Positions 41,101-55,530 of a DNA stretch of 64,000 bases are shown here, one piece after another. The stretch comes from the human T2T-CHM13v2.0 reference genome, Homo sapiens: NCBI RefSeq assembly GCF_009914755.1, contig NC_060929.1. One strand, given 5' to 3'. The position numbers and the translations under genes are program-made. Each line of letters starts with the position of its first letter. Position 1 is the stretch's first letter. The notes below the pieces were generated by a model. The model was not told the DNA's origin and did no database searches. It saw only the letters and a list, made by a program, of their open reading frames with translations.

Positions 41101-44100
41101 CCAAAAGAGCAGGGGTGGCTATATTTATATCACATAAAATAGATTTAGGTAAAAAATTGTCACAAGAGACCAAGAAAGTCATTATATAATGATAAAGGGG
41201 TCAATTCATCAAGAAGACATAACTGTTATAAACATATATGTTCAACCACCATTGGAACACCTAACTATATAAAACAATTATTAATGGAACTAAAAAAAGA
41301 AATAGAAATACAGTAAGCATAGGGGATTTAAAAATCCTCACGATATTAGATAGATCATCCAAACAGAAAACCAATAAAAATAAAAACAGCAGACTCGAAT
41401 AATACTATAAATCAAATAGATCTAATGAATATACACAGAAAATCCAGCAAGAGCAGAACACATATTCTCCTTAAGTACACATGAAACATTCTATGAGATA
41501 GATGATGTGTCAGGCCACAAAACAATCCTAACAAATTTAAGACAATTGGCATTGTATCAAGTATCTTTTCTGACTACAATAGTATGAAACTAGAACTCAG
41601 TAACAAAAGGAGTATTGGAAAATTCACAAATATGTAGAAATTAAACATCACACTCCTGAACAACCAATGGGTCAAGACAGATATCAAAAGGAAAATTAAA
41701 AATCATATATTTAGACAAAAATGGAAACACAGCATTCCAAAATTCATGTTATGAAGCAAAAGCAGTTTCAGGAGAGAAGTTTATAGCAAAAATACCTACA
41801 TCAGAAAAAAGGAAGATCTCAAATAAACAACCTAACTTTATGCCCAGAGCAACTTGGAAAAGTATAAACTAAGCCCAAAGTTAGCAAAAAGAAGGAAAGA
41901 GTAATTATTAGAAGAGAAATGAATGAAACAGAGATTAGAAAAGCAATAGAAAAGATTAAAAAAATAAGGTGTTTGTTTTTTGAGAAGATAAACAAATTTG
42001 ACAAATATTTAGCTAAATTAAGAAAAAAAGAAGACTCAAAATCATAAATGAAAAAAGAGACATTGCAACTGATGCCACAGAAGTACAAAGGATCATGAGA
42101 ATACTATAAAGAATTATATGCCAACAAATCAGATAACCTAGAAGAAATGAATAAATTCCTAGTAACATACAACCTACCAATTCTAAATTATGAAGAAAAA
42201 GAAAATCTGAACAGACCAATAATAAGTAAGGAGATTGAATTAGTAACCAAAAACCTACCAATAAAGAACAACCCAGCACCAGATGGCTTCATGGGTGAAT
42301 TCTATAAAACATTTTAAAAAGAATTAATTCAAATTCTTCTCAAACTCTTACAAGAAAATAAATAGGAGGGAATACCTGCAAGCCCATTTTATGAGGCTGC
42401 CAGCATTACCCTGATACCAAAAACAGACAAGGACTCAACAAGAAAAGTATAGGCCAATATCCCCAATGAACACAGAAGCAAAAATCCTCAATAAAATGCT
42501 AACAGACCAAATTCAACAGTATATACCATGATCAAGTGGGGAATTATCCATGGGATGCAATGATGGTTGAACATACACAAATCCATAAATGTAATATATG
42601 ACATTAACAAAATAAAGAATAAAACTTACATGATCATCTCAATAGATGCAGAAAAAGCACTTGACAAAGTTCAACATCCTTTCATGATATAGAAAGTATG
42701 CACCTCAACATAAAAAAGGTCACACATGACAAGCCCATAGCCAGCATCCTACTCAATTATGAAAGGATAAGAAAATGGAAAGATATCACATATTTACAGA
42801 TCAGAAGTATTAGTGTTATTAAAATGTTTATACTACCCAAAACAACCTACAGATTCAATGCAATCTCTATCAAAATTCAATGGCATTTTCTGCAGAAATA
42901 GAAAAAGCAATCCTAAAATTTATATGGAATCACAAAATACCATGGATAGCCTAAGCAATCTTGAGATAGAAGAACAAGTATATGCAGGCATCACATTTCC
43001 TGATTTTAAAATATATTACAAAGCTACAGTAATAAAAACATTGTGGTACTGGCATGACACCAGTCAGACAGACTTCATAGACTAGTAGACCCATAGAATA
43101 GAGAGTGAAGAAATAAACCAACGCATACATGATCAGCTAATCTTCAACAAAGGTGCCAAAAATACACAATGGAGAAAAGATAATTGTTTCAATAAATATT
43201 ATTGGGAAAACTGGATATCCATAGGTCAAAAAAATGTAATTTCACCTTCATATTACACCATATACAAAAATCAACTTGAATTAAGGACTTAGAAATAAGC
43301 TCAAAAACTATAAAACTCCTAAAAGAAAACATAGGGGAGAAACTGCTTGGCATTGGTCTTACAAACAATTTGTTGAATATGACACTAAAAGCACACAAAA
43401 GCAAAAATAAACAAATGGGATTACATTACACTAAAAAGCTTCTACACAGGTAAGGAAGCAATCAACAAAATAAAAAGTCAACCTATGAAATGGGAGGAAA
43501 TATTTGTGAACCATTTATCTGATTAGGAGTTAATATCTAAAATATATAAGGAACTCATAGAGTCCAACAGAAAAAGAAAAAACAATCCAGTTAAAAAAAT
43601 GAGCAAGGGACCTAAATAGACATTTTTTCCAAATAAGACATACAAACATTCAAGTATATAAAAAATGCTCAACATCACTAATCAGCAGAGAAATGCATAT
43701 TAAAACCACAATGAGATATTACCTCACACCTGTTAGAATGGCTTCTGTTACAGAGATAAAAGATAACAAGTTTTAGCAAGGATGTAGAGAAAAGGGAACC
43801 CTGGTACACTGTTTGAGGGGATTGTAAATTGGTACAGACATTATGGAAAATAGCGTGAAGGTTCCTCAAAAAATTATAAATAGAACTATCATATGACCCA
43901 GCAGTCCTACTTCCAGGTATTTATCCTAACAAATTAAAGTCAGGATCTTAAAGACATACCTGTACTCCTATGTTCACTGTAGCATTTTTCACAATAGCCA
44001 AGATATGAAAATAACCTAAATGCTCATAGACAGAAGAATAAATATAGAAATGGTAGTACACACACACACACTCTTTCTTTCTCTGTCTCTCTCCCCCTCA

Positions 44101-44598
44101 ACACACACTCACACATATACAAAATATTATTCATCCTTAACAAAGAAGGAAATTCTATCACATATAACAACGCGGATGGACCTGATCGAAATTATGTCAA
44201 GTGAAATAAGACAGACACAGAAAAGCAAATACTATTTAATCTCACTTATAAGTGGAATCTAAAATAGTCAAACTGATAACAGCAGAGAGTAGAATGGTGG
44301 TAACCAGAGGCTGAGGAAAGAGGATATGGGGAGATGTTGATCAAAGTGTACAAAGTTTCAGTTATGCAAAATCAATCAGCTCTTGAGATCTAATGTACGG
44401 CATGGTGACTAAAGGTAACAATACTGTATTGCATACTGAAAATTTGCTAACAAGGTACGTCCTAAGCGTTATCATCCCCAAAATAAATAAACAACTATGT
44501 TAAATAATGAGTAAGTTAATTAGATTGATTGTGGTGATTATTTCACAATGTATATATATGCACATCAAATCATCAAGTTAAATATATACAATTTTTAA
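38150..44598 (+). mobile_element. L1MA (MA9-like) LINE, near full length, decayed, with an internal ORF2 deletion
   Basis: 5' 'caagatggctaaatagg'. ORF1 remnant 40006-40302 (SPRHVIIK...ILSADFSEETLQIRREWD). ORF2 endonuclease 'tggaaaaacatattccatgcaaa' and C-terminal '[18 protein letters not shown]'. 3'UTR 'gagatctaatgtacggcatggtgact...aaatatatacaattttta'. Confidence 0.92.
38433..38795 (-). mobile_element. THE1 (THE1C-like) solo LTR inserted in the L1 5' region
   Basis: 'acatacctgagactgggtaatttataaaggaaagaggtttaatt...gccaaaccatatca'. 5-bp TSD ggcac at 38428-38432 and 38796-38800. Confidence 0.95.
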
Positions 44599-45809
44599 AT
44601 ACATAGAATTTTTAAAGTCCCTGGAAATGAATGTTTATGGTATTAATATTTCTACTTCCACACTCCCCACAAATCCTGCTTCACTTTACACAGAGACACA
44701 GACAACTGATACACAAACACACACCTTAAAGTACCAACCAGTTACTCATTCCATTCATTTCGGTACAAAAAGTACTTCCTGGGAGTCTTGTGACTCTTTG
44801 CTTGCCAACTGCCCAGTTTGTCCATGCAATATCTATTAGTGAATTTATCTTGGAGCAAACAAGAAGCCCAGGAGGGTTGGCAATTATAACCAGCAGTTAC
44901 CAAAATGGTGTTGAAATTATTTAAGACAGTCTTGGTAAGATTTGTTAAATACCCTTTGAAACTATTTCACATCTGGAATGGCTAAATTGAGGTGATCTTC
45001 ACAGGAAAATTAAGTCACCAAGAATAATATGATTATACACCATGACAATACAGCATGATTATATCAATGATGTTAAGCTAATGGGAGAAGTACAAAAGTC
45101 TCAACTCTATCACCATTCAGTCTGGAATAAATAAAAACTTAGGACAGAACAAATTAAGAAGTGAACAATTTAATACCATAATTGGTAGTGAGAAATGTAA
45201 AAATTAGTAATCATTGAAGAAATTATTACCATATGTTTAATGTATTAACTGTAGCTATTAAAACTATATTATATTATTTTGTCAGATTATGTAATTAGTG
45301 AGATTTTTCTAGAGTGTAAGCTACTTCCTGAGAGGAAAATTCGGTTTTTGGGAAACCTCAGTATTTAGGACATATTTAACTGTATATTAATTCTGTATTA
45401 TGGTTTATGCAATGTAAGGTCTGATTCAATTGTAAAAATAGGTTTTTTAAGGTGAGGTGCCAAATAAGGTGTCAAAAAACAACATTTAGTCACTGGTAAT
45501 TACAGATCACTAAATAAATCTGGAGCCTTTATGCCTCCTACAATCTTGTAAGATTTTAGGAGATAGACCTGGGAAAGTTAGGGTGACCCTCATAGATCTT
45601 AGAATACTCTCCCAGTCAAGACATACACCGATGTCAAAGACCCTCAGAATATCAAGTACATTTCAGAACATTCCCAGGATACTAGTATGGACTGATGAGA
45701 CAAGTCTATTAATGACTAGAAATTCTTGAAGAAAACTGGAAATGCGGACCTACTTAAAATATTCAGGATTTTTGTAACTTATCATCGCTTAATACAGGGA
45801 ATATTCTTT

Positions 45810-46245
45810 TTCATTTATTCATTCATTTGTCACAAAATATTAAATATCCACATTGTAGCAGGCACTCAGATACATATACTCCACTTACAGGGCTTATATT
45901 TTATTAGAGAAAAGACTAAATATAGACATATAAATGCACAGGCACACACATAAATGAAACTAACTCAAAATTAAGCTAAATGCTATGAAAGAAATTCAAA
46001 AAAGATCAAAGATATTATGGGGGCTAGGGATCACCTTTACAAAGCCAGGGAAGACCTCTCTAAGGAAGTGGCATTAGCAAAAACTTGAAATAAAAGCAAC
46101 CTTGAGAAGCTTGGTGGGAAAGAACATTCTAGGGAGAGGTTGCAGCATGTGTAGCAAAATCTCCTGGAGCAGAGTGTAACTTTTGCATATTCAAGAAACA
46201 GAAAAATTCTATCTGAGCTGGAACATTACAGAGGAGGGTAAATGT
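45810..46245 (-). mobile_element. L2 3' fragment
   Basis: 'ttcatttattcattcattt...gtagcaggcac...ccagggaagacctctctaaggaagtggcatt'. Confidence 0.75.
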
Positions 46246-46359
46246 CACACATGCACATCTCAATTTCCCTGGACTTACACAGCATGCAAAATTGGAATAC
46301 AGAGCTATAGAAATTGGACATAGATGTTAGAAATGGATAAGCATTCAGAATTATAGTCT

Positions 46360-46935
46360 TACTAAGATTAGTTTACATAGCATAAAATTCACCTCTTATG
46401 AGTATCAGCTTAATGATATTTAATAAATACATATATAATTGTGCAACCAACACCCCCAAATTTAAAACGTTTTCATCACCCTAAAAAGTTGCCTCATGTT
46501 CTTTGTAGTTGATTTCTACTCTGTTAATCACCCCCGGGCAACCAGTGATCTGTATTTTTTCTTCATAGATTTACCTTTTCTAGAAGTGTCATATAAATTT
46601 AAACATACAATACATAGTCTTAGTGTCTGGCTTCTTTCACTTGGCATAATGTTTTTGAGGTTACTCTGTTGTTTCCTGTACACATGATTCATGGCTTTTA
46701 TTGCTGAATTGTATTCCTTTGTATGGATGTACCACATTCTCTTTATTCATTTACCAGTTGATGGACATTTGTGTTGTTTCCAATTTTGAACTGTTATGCA
46801 TAATGCTGCCATAAACATTGGTTGACAAATCTTTATATGAACACAAGTTTTAGTTAGATACCTAGAAGTGAAATTACTTGGTTGTTTATATGGTAGCTCT
46901 GTAATTAGCTTTTGAAGCAGTTGCTGTACTGTTTG
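46360..46935 (-). mobile_element. L1MB/ME-type 3' end
   Basis: 'tacatagcataaaattcacc...ttttcatcaccctaaaaag...tgtctggcttctttcacttggcataatgtttttgagg...ccagttgatggacatttg'. Confidence 0.88.
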
Positions 46936-47160
46936 AGTCACATGTTTTTAATTTCTTACTCATAAACTGGTTATGGAGGATAATAGTAATTATGAGAGAG
47001 CCTGCTGGAATACTGAATGGAATCTGTAGAATACTCATCTCTTTCTAATCTGACATCATAATATCACGAGGAACCTGGATATGAAAATAGCAACTACTGC
47101 CACTTACTTGGAAATAAAAGATCATGAGAATAAAGTGGACAACTTTTAAAAGGTTTATGA

Positions 47161-47482
<322 letters not shown>

Positions 47483-48993
47483 TAATTATTTTAATGAACC
47501 TCTCAGTTCATCACATTAATGCAGGGTCTGTCATAGAAAACATTTTTTCTAATTCTTGAAACTGAAGTTTGTATAATTCCAACCAGTGTGGAAATCTATC
47601 TTGCGATAACCAGAAATATTCCTCCACCATGAGGTCCAAAATGTAAGTTTTCCTTTTCTCCTAATAAGAACTATTTCCATGGCATTAACCTATTTCTTGG
47701 CCACCATCTACGTCTGGACAATGGAATTTTCCTATAATAACTTCAGATCTCAGAAATGTAAAAGGTAAATGAAATGCTAAATTTTGCCTACTAGTAGAGG
47801 GTGGCAAAACTGATGAAGACAATGTGCAATGACTTTCTATATGAGGCAGAAACATGCACAACGCATAAAGAAAAAGAAACTAAAAATATCTGATGTTGTT
47901 ATAAAGGAAAGCAGAGCCAAAAGCAATTTGTCTGTGCTTCTTGCCCATCTGTGTGGCTCCTTCACTTAAACAGCCAATGCAGTCAAATCTGATTTGCTTT
48001 CCTGTTATAAAAGTTGTGGCTTAACTAGGAGCTATGCTGAAATGTCTAGATAAAGACATCTTTACATAAATACTGTATATATGTCTATGTTTTACACATA
48101 TGCTTTCTACATGTGATTTTTGTACACACACCCTGTCTTCCCATCTTCAGGTAATGTGTTAGCCCATGAGAAATATCTAAAGGGAAGTCTTTCTTCTAGA
48201 GCTGGGAGAACTGTTCTTTCTTCTGAACTTGACTATATCACTAGCAAAGCTACAGAGACAGAGTTATTTCTCTGGTCTCATTTCAGAAAAGAAAGTTACC
48301 TTCAGTGTACTCAAAACTGGAAGAAATAAACTGAGCACTTATAAAAATACCCCTGGGTAGCCAGGAGGTATATGTACTGTGGTCCTTGTCCATCGAATTG
48401 GGAGTCAAGAGACTAAGTGATTTGTCCAACATTATTAAGCTCTTCCCATGAGGAGCTAAACACGACATCCAGATAGCCTGTCCTTCAGACTGGTGTTCCA
48501 ACCAGCTGACCACTCTAGCTATAAACATTTGCCCCGGCTGTATTTTCCCACTCCTGGATGATTGTCTGCCTGGCATTGAGACGACAGAAGCACGAAGCCA
48601 AAATATCCTTATGTGGGCATAGCTGCCTCTTCATGGCAGAGCCAATTTGGATCCCATCCATTGGCAGGGATGTCCCAGAAGCAGCCAATTTTAGTTCAGC
48701 CTCTTTAAAACTCTGGATTGTAAACAAACAGTAGGAGTTTCTTTCCACAGTGGAAGGGAGAATAATGAGAAGAAGGATGCAGAAGAGAGGGGGTAAGTGA
48801 GGCTAGCACCTAGTTTACCAGAGGAATTAGGAATGAAAAAAATGAGCTGGAAACCTCCAGAGACTAACTGATAATGCCCTAGATCTTTTAGCTTTTAAAG
48901 ACGATGAACTGCATGTAGCTCTTTCCTCCTTTTCTTCCATACTCCTTTAAATTTCCATCTCATTGCTTAGTTCTCTCCATTATTGTCTTGGCC

Positions 48994-49327
<334 letters not shown>

Positions 49328-49624
49328 TGTCTTGGTTTTTCTTGATATTTGAAACAGTAGGTCAAAATTGGACATGTCTAGTAGGCGGTTGCTGGTTTAG
49401 TAATAAAGGGTAGTAGCTGTAATTGCCCAGTTTGAATAGTGTTCATGTTTTTAAGGATTTCACAAACAAATCTTCATCGAATAAATGTTTTTAAAAAATG
49501 ATTACTGATTAGATTCAATATAAATTAAGGAAGGTCCCATCATATCTCTTGCACAAATCATTGCCTTCCAGAATTAAGCACAGCATCGATATGTATGTCT
49601 TACATGACATATTGCTCTGCAATG

Positions 49625-49850
49625 TGATGGAATCAACAGAACAAGATGTTTGGAGTCAGATGGCTAAACTAGGATTTAAAGTTCACATTATTTACTAGTT
49701 AACTGTGGATGCTAAGGCAATATTCTTGAAGTCTCCATGTCTTGATTTCCTCTTAGTGAAATGGGAATCATAATAATAATAATTTTACAGGGTTGGTGTA
49801 AAAACGAAATGACTGCCTGCACTCAATACAATACCTATTATGGTTATGTT
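49625..49850 (+). mobile_element. MIR
   Basis: 'tttggagtcaga...tttactagt...gatttcctcttagtgaaatgggaat...cagggttggtgtaa'. Confidence 0.7.
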
Positions 49851-51303
49851 AGTTATATTATGATTAATGTATTAGTATACTATTGATAAAATGAATATGA
49901 AATTGCTAGTAGCCAGCTCACAATATTAGTATGACAAAAATTATTTCAATTTGGTTTAAATACAATACCTGTGGTCAATAACATCATCTTTTCTTAAAAC
50001 TTAATGCACTGAGCACTGTCAATTACAATGAAAAAAAAATGCAAGTAACCCAGTTGGACTATCCATTAACTGAGAAAATATAATATGAAAAAGCCACCAT
50101 GAATTCAGGACCACTTATGAATGTAGCTGTATTTTATTGATAGAATTTATATGTGCTTAGAAAAAACATAGTACATTTTATGTTAGATATATTTATTCAG
50201 ATTACCAAAGAAAATGCTTACTGTACATATGGATTGATGGGCCCTATCCAATAACTTTCATCACTCCTCAAGGGCCCTTGGCACACAGGCTGGGAATCAC
50301 TGATGTTGGTTAAGGTCACAATAGACAGGGGAGCCTCATGCTTATAATTCTGCTTGCCAAGTGGAAATGCTAACCTGCTCTTTCCCAGGATTTTAGAAAA
50401 ACATTTGAAATATTTCACAAGATAAATGAAAATGGGTAAACACAAGGCCTTAAGGAAAATATACTTCTGGTGCATTTATTAAGCACTTGGATCTGATGCA
50501 TGACACCTGCTTAAAACTCAAAGAATTATCACAGGCTTTGCTGAGGAAGAAAGAACAAGAATTATGACTGCACACAGGCTCATACTTCAGCAAGTCAATG
50601 TTTTTAAATCAATGAAAAACAATCCAGTGATTGTGTTTGCTACAAAGGGAAAGCAATGTAAGATGACATACAGTATTTCAAGCTGTTCAAATTACTGATG
50701 GCACAGTGGCAAGATATATATCCATTAAAACCAAATAGTTGTTTCAAAGTATGTTGGCCAACAGAGATAAATAATGTTTCTCTGAAGTGAATATAAAATA
50801 ATGTCTCTCTTCAGAATGTAGGACCCTATAATGGCTTTAGCCACAAATACCTCTTGCTTATTTGGGGAATACGCATTTTCCACCTTCATTCAGAAATTCT
50901 TTAGTTAGCTCAACAAAATTCATCTTTCACCTCAACAAAAAAGCATGCGCATTAAGTATCAAAGTATGTATATTTCTACAGTAGGCTCACTGATGGTCTC
51001 ATTCCTATTGGTAAATTTGTCATAGTGAATGAGTAAAGTATGAATAAATACAATGTGTTGAATGTAGAGGCTACTTTCACAAGAATATTGCATCATCAGT
51101 GGGCCAATGTTAAGAGCATGTTTGTGAGGAAGAGGAACATACAATTTCTCTTTTTTTCTTAATTCTTCTCTTATCAGCATTTTAATTAATAAACATAAAA
51201 AGGTAACACTGATACACAAAGTATTAAATCACCATCCATTCGTCTTTAAAGATTTGCATTCTCCTAATCAGTGAAAACAATTCTTTCTTCTTTATCTTTA
51301 CAG

Positions 51304-51349
51304 AAAGTTGAAAGTAGCTGATATGGGACCACAGAATATTGGCCAATCA
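51304..51349 (+). ncRNA. Candidate 46-nt internal exon (lncRNA or UTR)
   Basis: Long polypyrimidine tract ttctttcttctttatctttacag| with a branch-like cctaat about 36 nt upstream. Donor TCA|gtaagt. Lies in unique sequence. Confidence 0.55.
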
Positions 51350-51800
51350 GTAAGTAGCATGTACCGACTCTAGGTGTCCAAAACTTAAACAGATTTGTTC
51401 TATACAAGGATTTTGTTGATACAAGTGATGATTTAAAAAATTACCTCAGTGCTATTTCAAGCTTCATCCCTCTCAACTATAACCTATACAAATTCTTATA
51501 ACATATAGCCTAAAAAAGAGATATGTTAAATTTTCACAACTGAAAAAAAAAAATTCCTCTTTTTACTCCCTCCTACCATACTCCTCAAGAACTTCATCAT
51601 AATAGTAAAGTCCAAATTTAGACTTCTATTTTCATCAAAAACCTGGAAAAATCCAAAAGATACTTATAAATTAAGTTTGATAAAGATACCAAATACAGAA
51701 TAGTGGTGTTCATTGAAGGTGAGAATATAGCATGACAGTTTTTAAATAAAATGTGAAATGTAAAAAATATATGATAGTGAATGACTGTTGGTTCTTAGTC

Positions 51801-52128
51801 TTTTATTATTATTATTATTGTTTTGTTTGTTTTTTGTTTTGCTTTAAATGGGGTCTCTCTCTGTCACCCAGGCTAGAATACAGTGTCGAAATCAGTGCTC
51901 ACTAAAGCTTTGACTTCCTTGACTCAGAGATCTTCCAGCCTTAGCCTCCTGAGTAGCTGGAATCACAGGCAAATGCCACCACACCTGGTTAATTAAAAAA
52001 AAAATTTTTTTAGAGATTGGTTCTTTATATGTTGCCTAGGCTGGTCTTGAACTCCTGGGCTCAAGTGATCCTCACGCCTCAGCCTCTCAAAGTGCTGGTA
52101 CTACAGAAGTGAGCCACTGTGCATTGCT
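51801..52128 (-). mobile_element. AluJ (diverged)
   Basis: (TTA)/(TTTG) tail and 'ggggtctctctctgtcacccaggctag...ctcctgggctcaagtgatcctc'. Confidence 0.9.
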
Positions 52129-52260
52129 GATTCTTGTTCTTAATGAGGAAAACCACATAGGATACTAAAGATGTAAAAATAAAAAATGTTTGTATTGGAT
52201 AATAGTATAAATATCTATAGGTCTTCATAGACAAATGAACCATTGGGAAGCAACATATTA

Positions 52261-54681
52261 TAGGCATACCTTGAGAATATTGCGCAGTTTATTCCAGACC
52301 ACAGCAATAAAGCAAATATAGCAATAAAGCGAGTCACACATGTTATTTGGTTTTCCCATGCACAGAAAAGTTACATTTAAACTATAAAGTAGTTTTTTAA
52401 TTTTAAGTGTGCAACAGAATTATGTTTTAAAAATACATATCTTAAAAATACTTTTTTGCTAAAAAATGCTAATAATCATCTGAGCCTTTAGCAAGCTGTA
52501 ATTTTTTACTGATGGAGGGTCTTCCCTAGGCATTTATGGCTGATAACTGATCAGAATGTCAGTTACCTAAGGCAGTGGTTGCTGTGGCAATTTCTTAAAG
52601 TAAGACTACGATAAAGTTTACACCATCTATGGACTCTTTCTTTCCCAAAAGATTTTGCGTAGTATGCAGTGCTGTTTGATAGCATTTTACTACTCACAGA
52701 ACTTCTTTCAACATTGGAGTCAATCCTCTCAAACCCTGCCACTGCTTTATCAACTATGTTTATGTAGTGTTCTAAATCCATTGTTGTCATTTCAAAAGTA
52801 TTCACAGTATCTTCACCAGGAGTAGATTACATAACAAGAAACAATTTTCTTTGCTTATACATAAAAAGCAATTCATCATCTTTTCAAGTTTTATCATGAG
52901 ATTGCAGCAATTCAGTCACATCTTCAGGTTCCACTAATTCTAATTCTCTATTTCCACCATATCTGCAGTTAATTCCTCTTCTGAAGTCGTGAACCCCTTA
53001 AAGTCATCCGTGAGACTTGGAATCAACTTCTTCCCAAACTCCTGTTCATCTTGATATTTTGATTTCCTCTGCTAAACTGCAAATGTGCTTAATGACATCT
53101 ATAATGGTGAATCATTTCCAGAATTTTTTTGACTCACTTTTCCCAGATTCATCATAGGAATCAATGTCTCTGGCAGCTATGGCCTTATGAAATGTATTTT
53201 TTAAATAATAATCTTGAAAGTTGAAATTACTCCTTGATCCATGGGCTGCAGAATGGATGTTGTGTTAGCAAGTATGAAAACAACACTCATTTAGTTGTAC
53301 CTCTATCTTTATCTGAGCTTCTGGGTGAACAGGTGCATTGTCAATGAGCAGTAATATTTTGAAAGAATTTTTTTTCTGAGCAGTAGGTCTCAACAGTCAG
53401 CTTAAAATATTCAATAAACCATGCTATAGACAGGTGTGCTGTCAGTCAGCCTTCGTTTTTCCATTTATAGAGCATAGGCAGAGTAGATAGCATAATTCTT
53501 AAAGGCCCTAGAAATTTAAGAATGGTAAATGAACACTGACTTCAACTTAAAGTCACTGGCTACATTATCCCCTAACAAGAGAGTTAGGCTGTTCTTTGAA
53601 GCTTTGGAGCCAGGCACTGACTTCTTCTCTCTAGCTATAAAAGCCCTAGATGGTATGTTCTTGCAATATAAGACTGTTTCATCTACATGGAAAAATCTGT
53701 TGCATAGTGTAGTCACCCTTATCTATGATCTTAGCTAGATCTTCCAGATAATTTGCTGCTTCACCTTGCATTTTAACGTTATGGAAACAGCTTCTTTCCT
53801 TAAACCTTAACCAACCTCTGCTAGCTTCCAACTTTTCTTCTGCAGCTTTCTCACCTCTCTCCACCTTTGGAAAATTGAAGAGGGTGAGAGCCTTGCTCTG
53901 GATTAGGCTTTGGCTTGAGGGAATATTGTGGCTGATTTTATCTTCTATCCAGACCACTAAATCTTTCTCTGTATCAGCCATAAGACTGTTTCACTTTCTT
54001 ATCATTTGTGTGCATGCTGGAGTAGCACTTTTAATTTTCTTCAAAATTTTTCCTTTTGTGTTCACAACTTGGCTAACTGTGTGGTGGGTGCAGGAGGCCT
54101 AACTTTCAGCCTATTTCAGCTTTCAATATGTCTTCCTCATTGAGCTTAATCATTCCTAGCTTTTGATTTAAAGTAAGAAACATGGAACTGTTCCTTCCAC
54201 TTGAACACTTAGAAGCTATTGTATGGCTTCTAACTGGCCTAATGTCAATATTTTTGTCCCAGGGAAGAGGGAGGCCCAAGGAAAGAGAGGAAGACTGCAG
54301 AATGGTCAGTGGAGCCGTCAGAACACAAACATTTATTGATTAAGTTCACTGTCTTCTATGACTGCAGTTCATGGCACCCCAAAACAATGACAATAGTACC
54401 ATTAGAGATCACTGATGGTAGATTACCATAACAACATAACATATGAAAGTAATGATCGTACAATAATAATGAAGAACTTTGAAATACTGTAAGAATTACC
54501 AAAATGTGACACAGAGACAAAAGCGAGTACATGCTATCAGAAACATGATACTACAGACTTGCTTAATGTGAGATTGCCACAAACCTTCAACTTGTAAAAA
54601 TAACACTATCTGCAAAGCTTGATACAGCAAAGTACAATGAAATAAGGTTTGACTGCACTGCAATAAAATGAGGTATGAGTG
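52261..54681 (-). mobile_element. Tigger1 near full length, decayed transposase
   Basis: TA|taggcataccttgagaatattgcg... and ...caataaaatgaggtatgagtg|TA. ORF pieces 53679-53981 ([14 protein letters not shown]...[12 protein letters not shown]...EASRGW) and 53516-53716 (FHVDETVLY...) are Tigger1 transposase. Confidence 0.95.
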
Positions 54682-54714
54682 TACTATGGTTAAAACAACA
54701 CTGTGGTATATTTC

Positions 54715-55043
54715 CCTCTCCTTGGAGCACCGTTCTCCCTCATTGAGTAGGACTGACTCTGCCTTCTTATTTAGATTCCAACTCAGATGTCAGCTTACCC
54801 GGGAAGAGCCTTTCCTGAATCCCAAATCTAAAGTAGCCAGGCAGTCACTCTTTTATCACCCCACCCTATACTAGTTCTCTGCATTTTTCACACCCAGTAT
54901 TTTCTTATTCTTGTTGGTTCGCTATTGGGTTTCTACACCCAAAAGGATATTACTTTGCTACTTCGCTAAGACATTGTCTAATTCACTGCTAGATTCCCAG
55001 GTCCCAGATGCTAGACGTTCAACAAATACTTGTTGAACAAATC
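54715..55043 (+). mobile_element. L2 3' fragment
   Basis: 'caactcagatgtcagcttacccgggaagagcctttcctga...ttcactgctagattcccagg...caacaaatacttgttgaacaaat'. Confidence 0.7.
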
Positions 55044-55392
55044 ACAGCTGAGGGGAGCTACTGTAAAAATATGGAGCATTTTATCTGATCACCTACACAA
55101 AATGATTTTGGTGATATTGACAGTAGTCTTTTACCTTCCTTTATCTAATTTATATAGTAACCCTGCAATTAAAACATAAATGTAAGAAAAAATGCTCTTT
55201 GTTAAAATTTAGGCATCCTTTTCAAAAGCTTACATTTTACACTGTAGCAATCATTTACACTTTAATGTGGATAAGGTTAACAGTTATACATCTGAAGGTT
55301 GTTTGATAAGCTATGGATGAGAAAAGCAGAAAAACTGAAGATATTAAGTGACTGAAAATAAGGAAAAGTAAAACTAGGGCTTTAAGACTTAC

Positions 55393-55530
55393 CTGACAAC
55401 TTCAAAGATTGTCCCAGCTTCTGTCCTGAGTGGGACTTTTGCATTAACAAGTGAGCCTGATGGAGGCTTAATGTTTCTTAGAAACAGTCTTCAAGTACTG
55501 ACAGAAGATGGCCATCTGTTCTTCTGATTG
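55393..55530 (-). ncRNA. Candidate 138-nt non-coding exon
   Basis: Minus strand: acceptor ttttattcttttccctttgttctggctcag|CAATC and consensus donor CAG|gtaagt. Stops in all three frames. Confidence 0.45.

Noticed and set aside
51304-51349. Naming the host gene from the candidate exon
   Set aside because: I cannot match the sequence to a specific gene with confidence. A BLAT search would be needed.
52563-53981. Tigger transposase ORFs as a domesticated TIGD1-like gene
   Set aside because: The frame is fragmented by stops and frameshifts in both copies, as expected for neutral decay.
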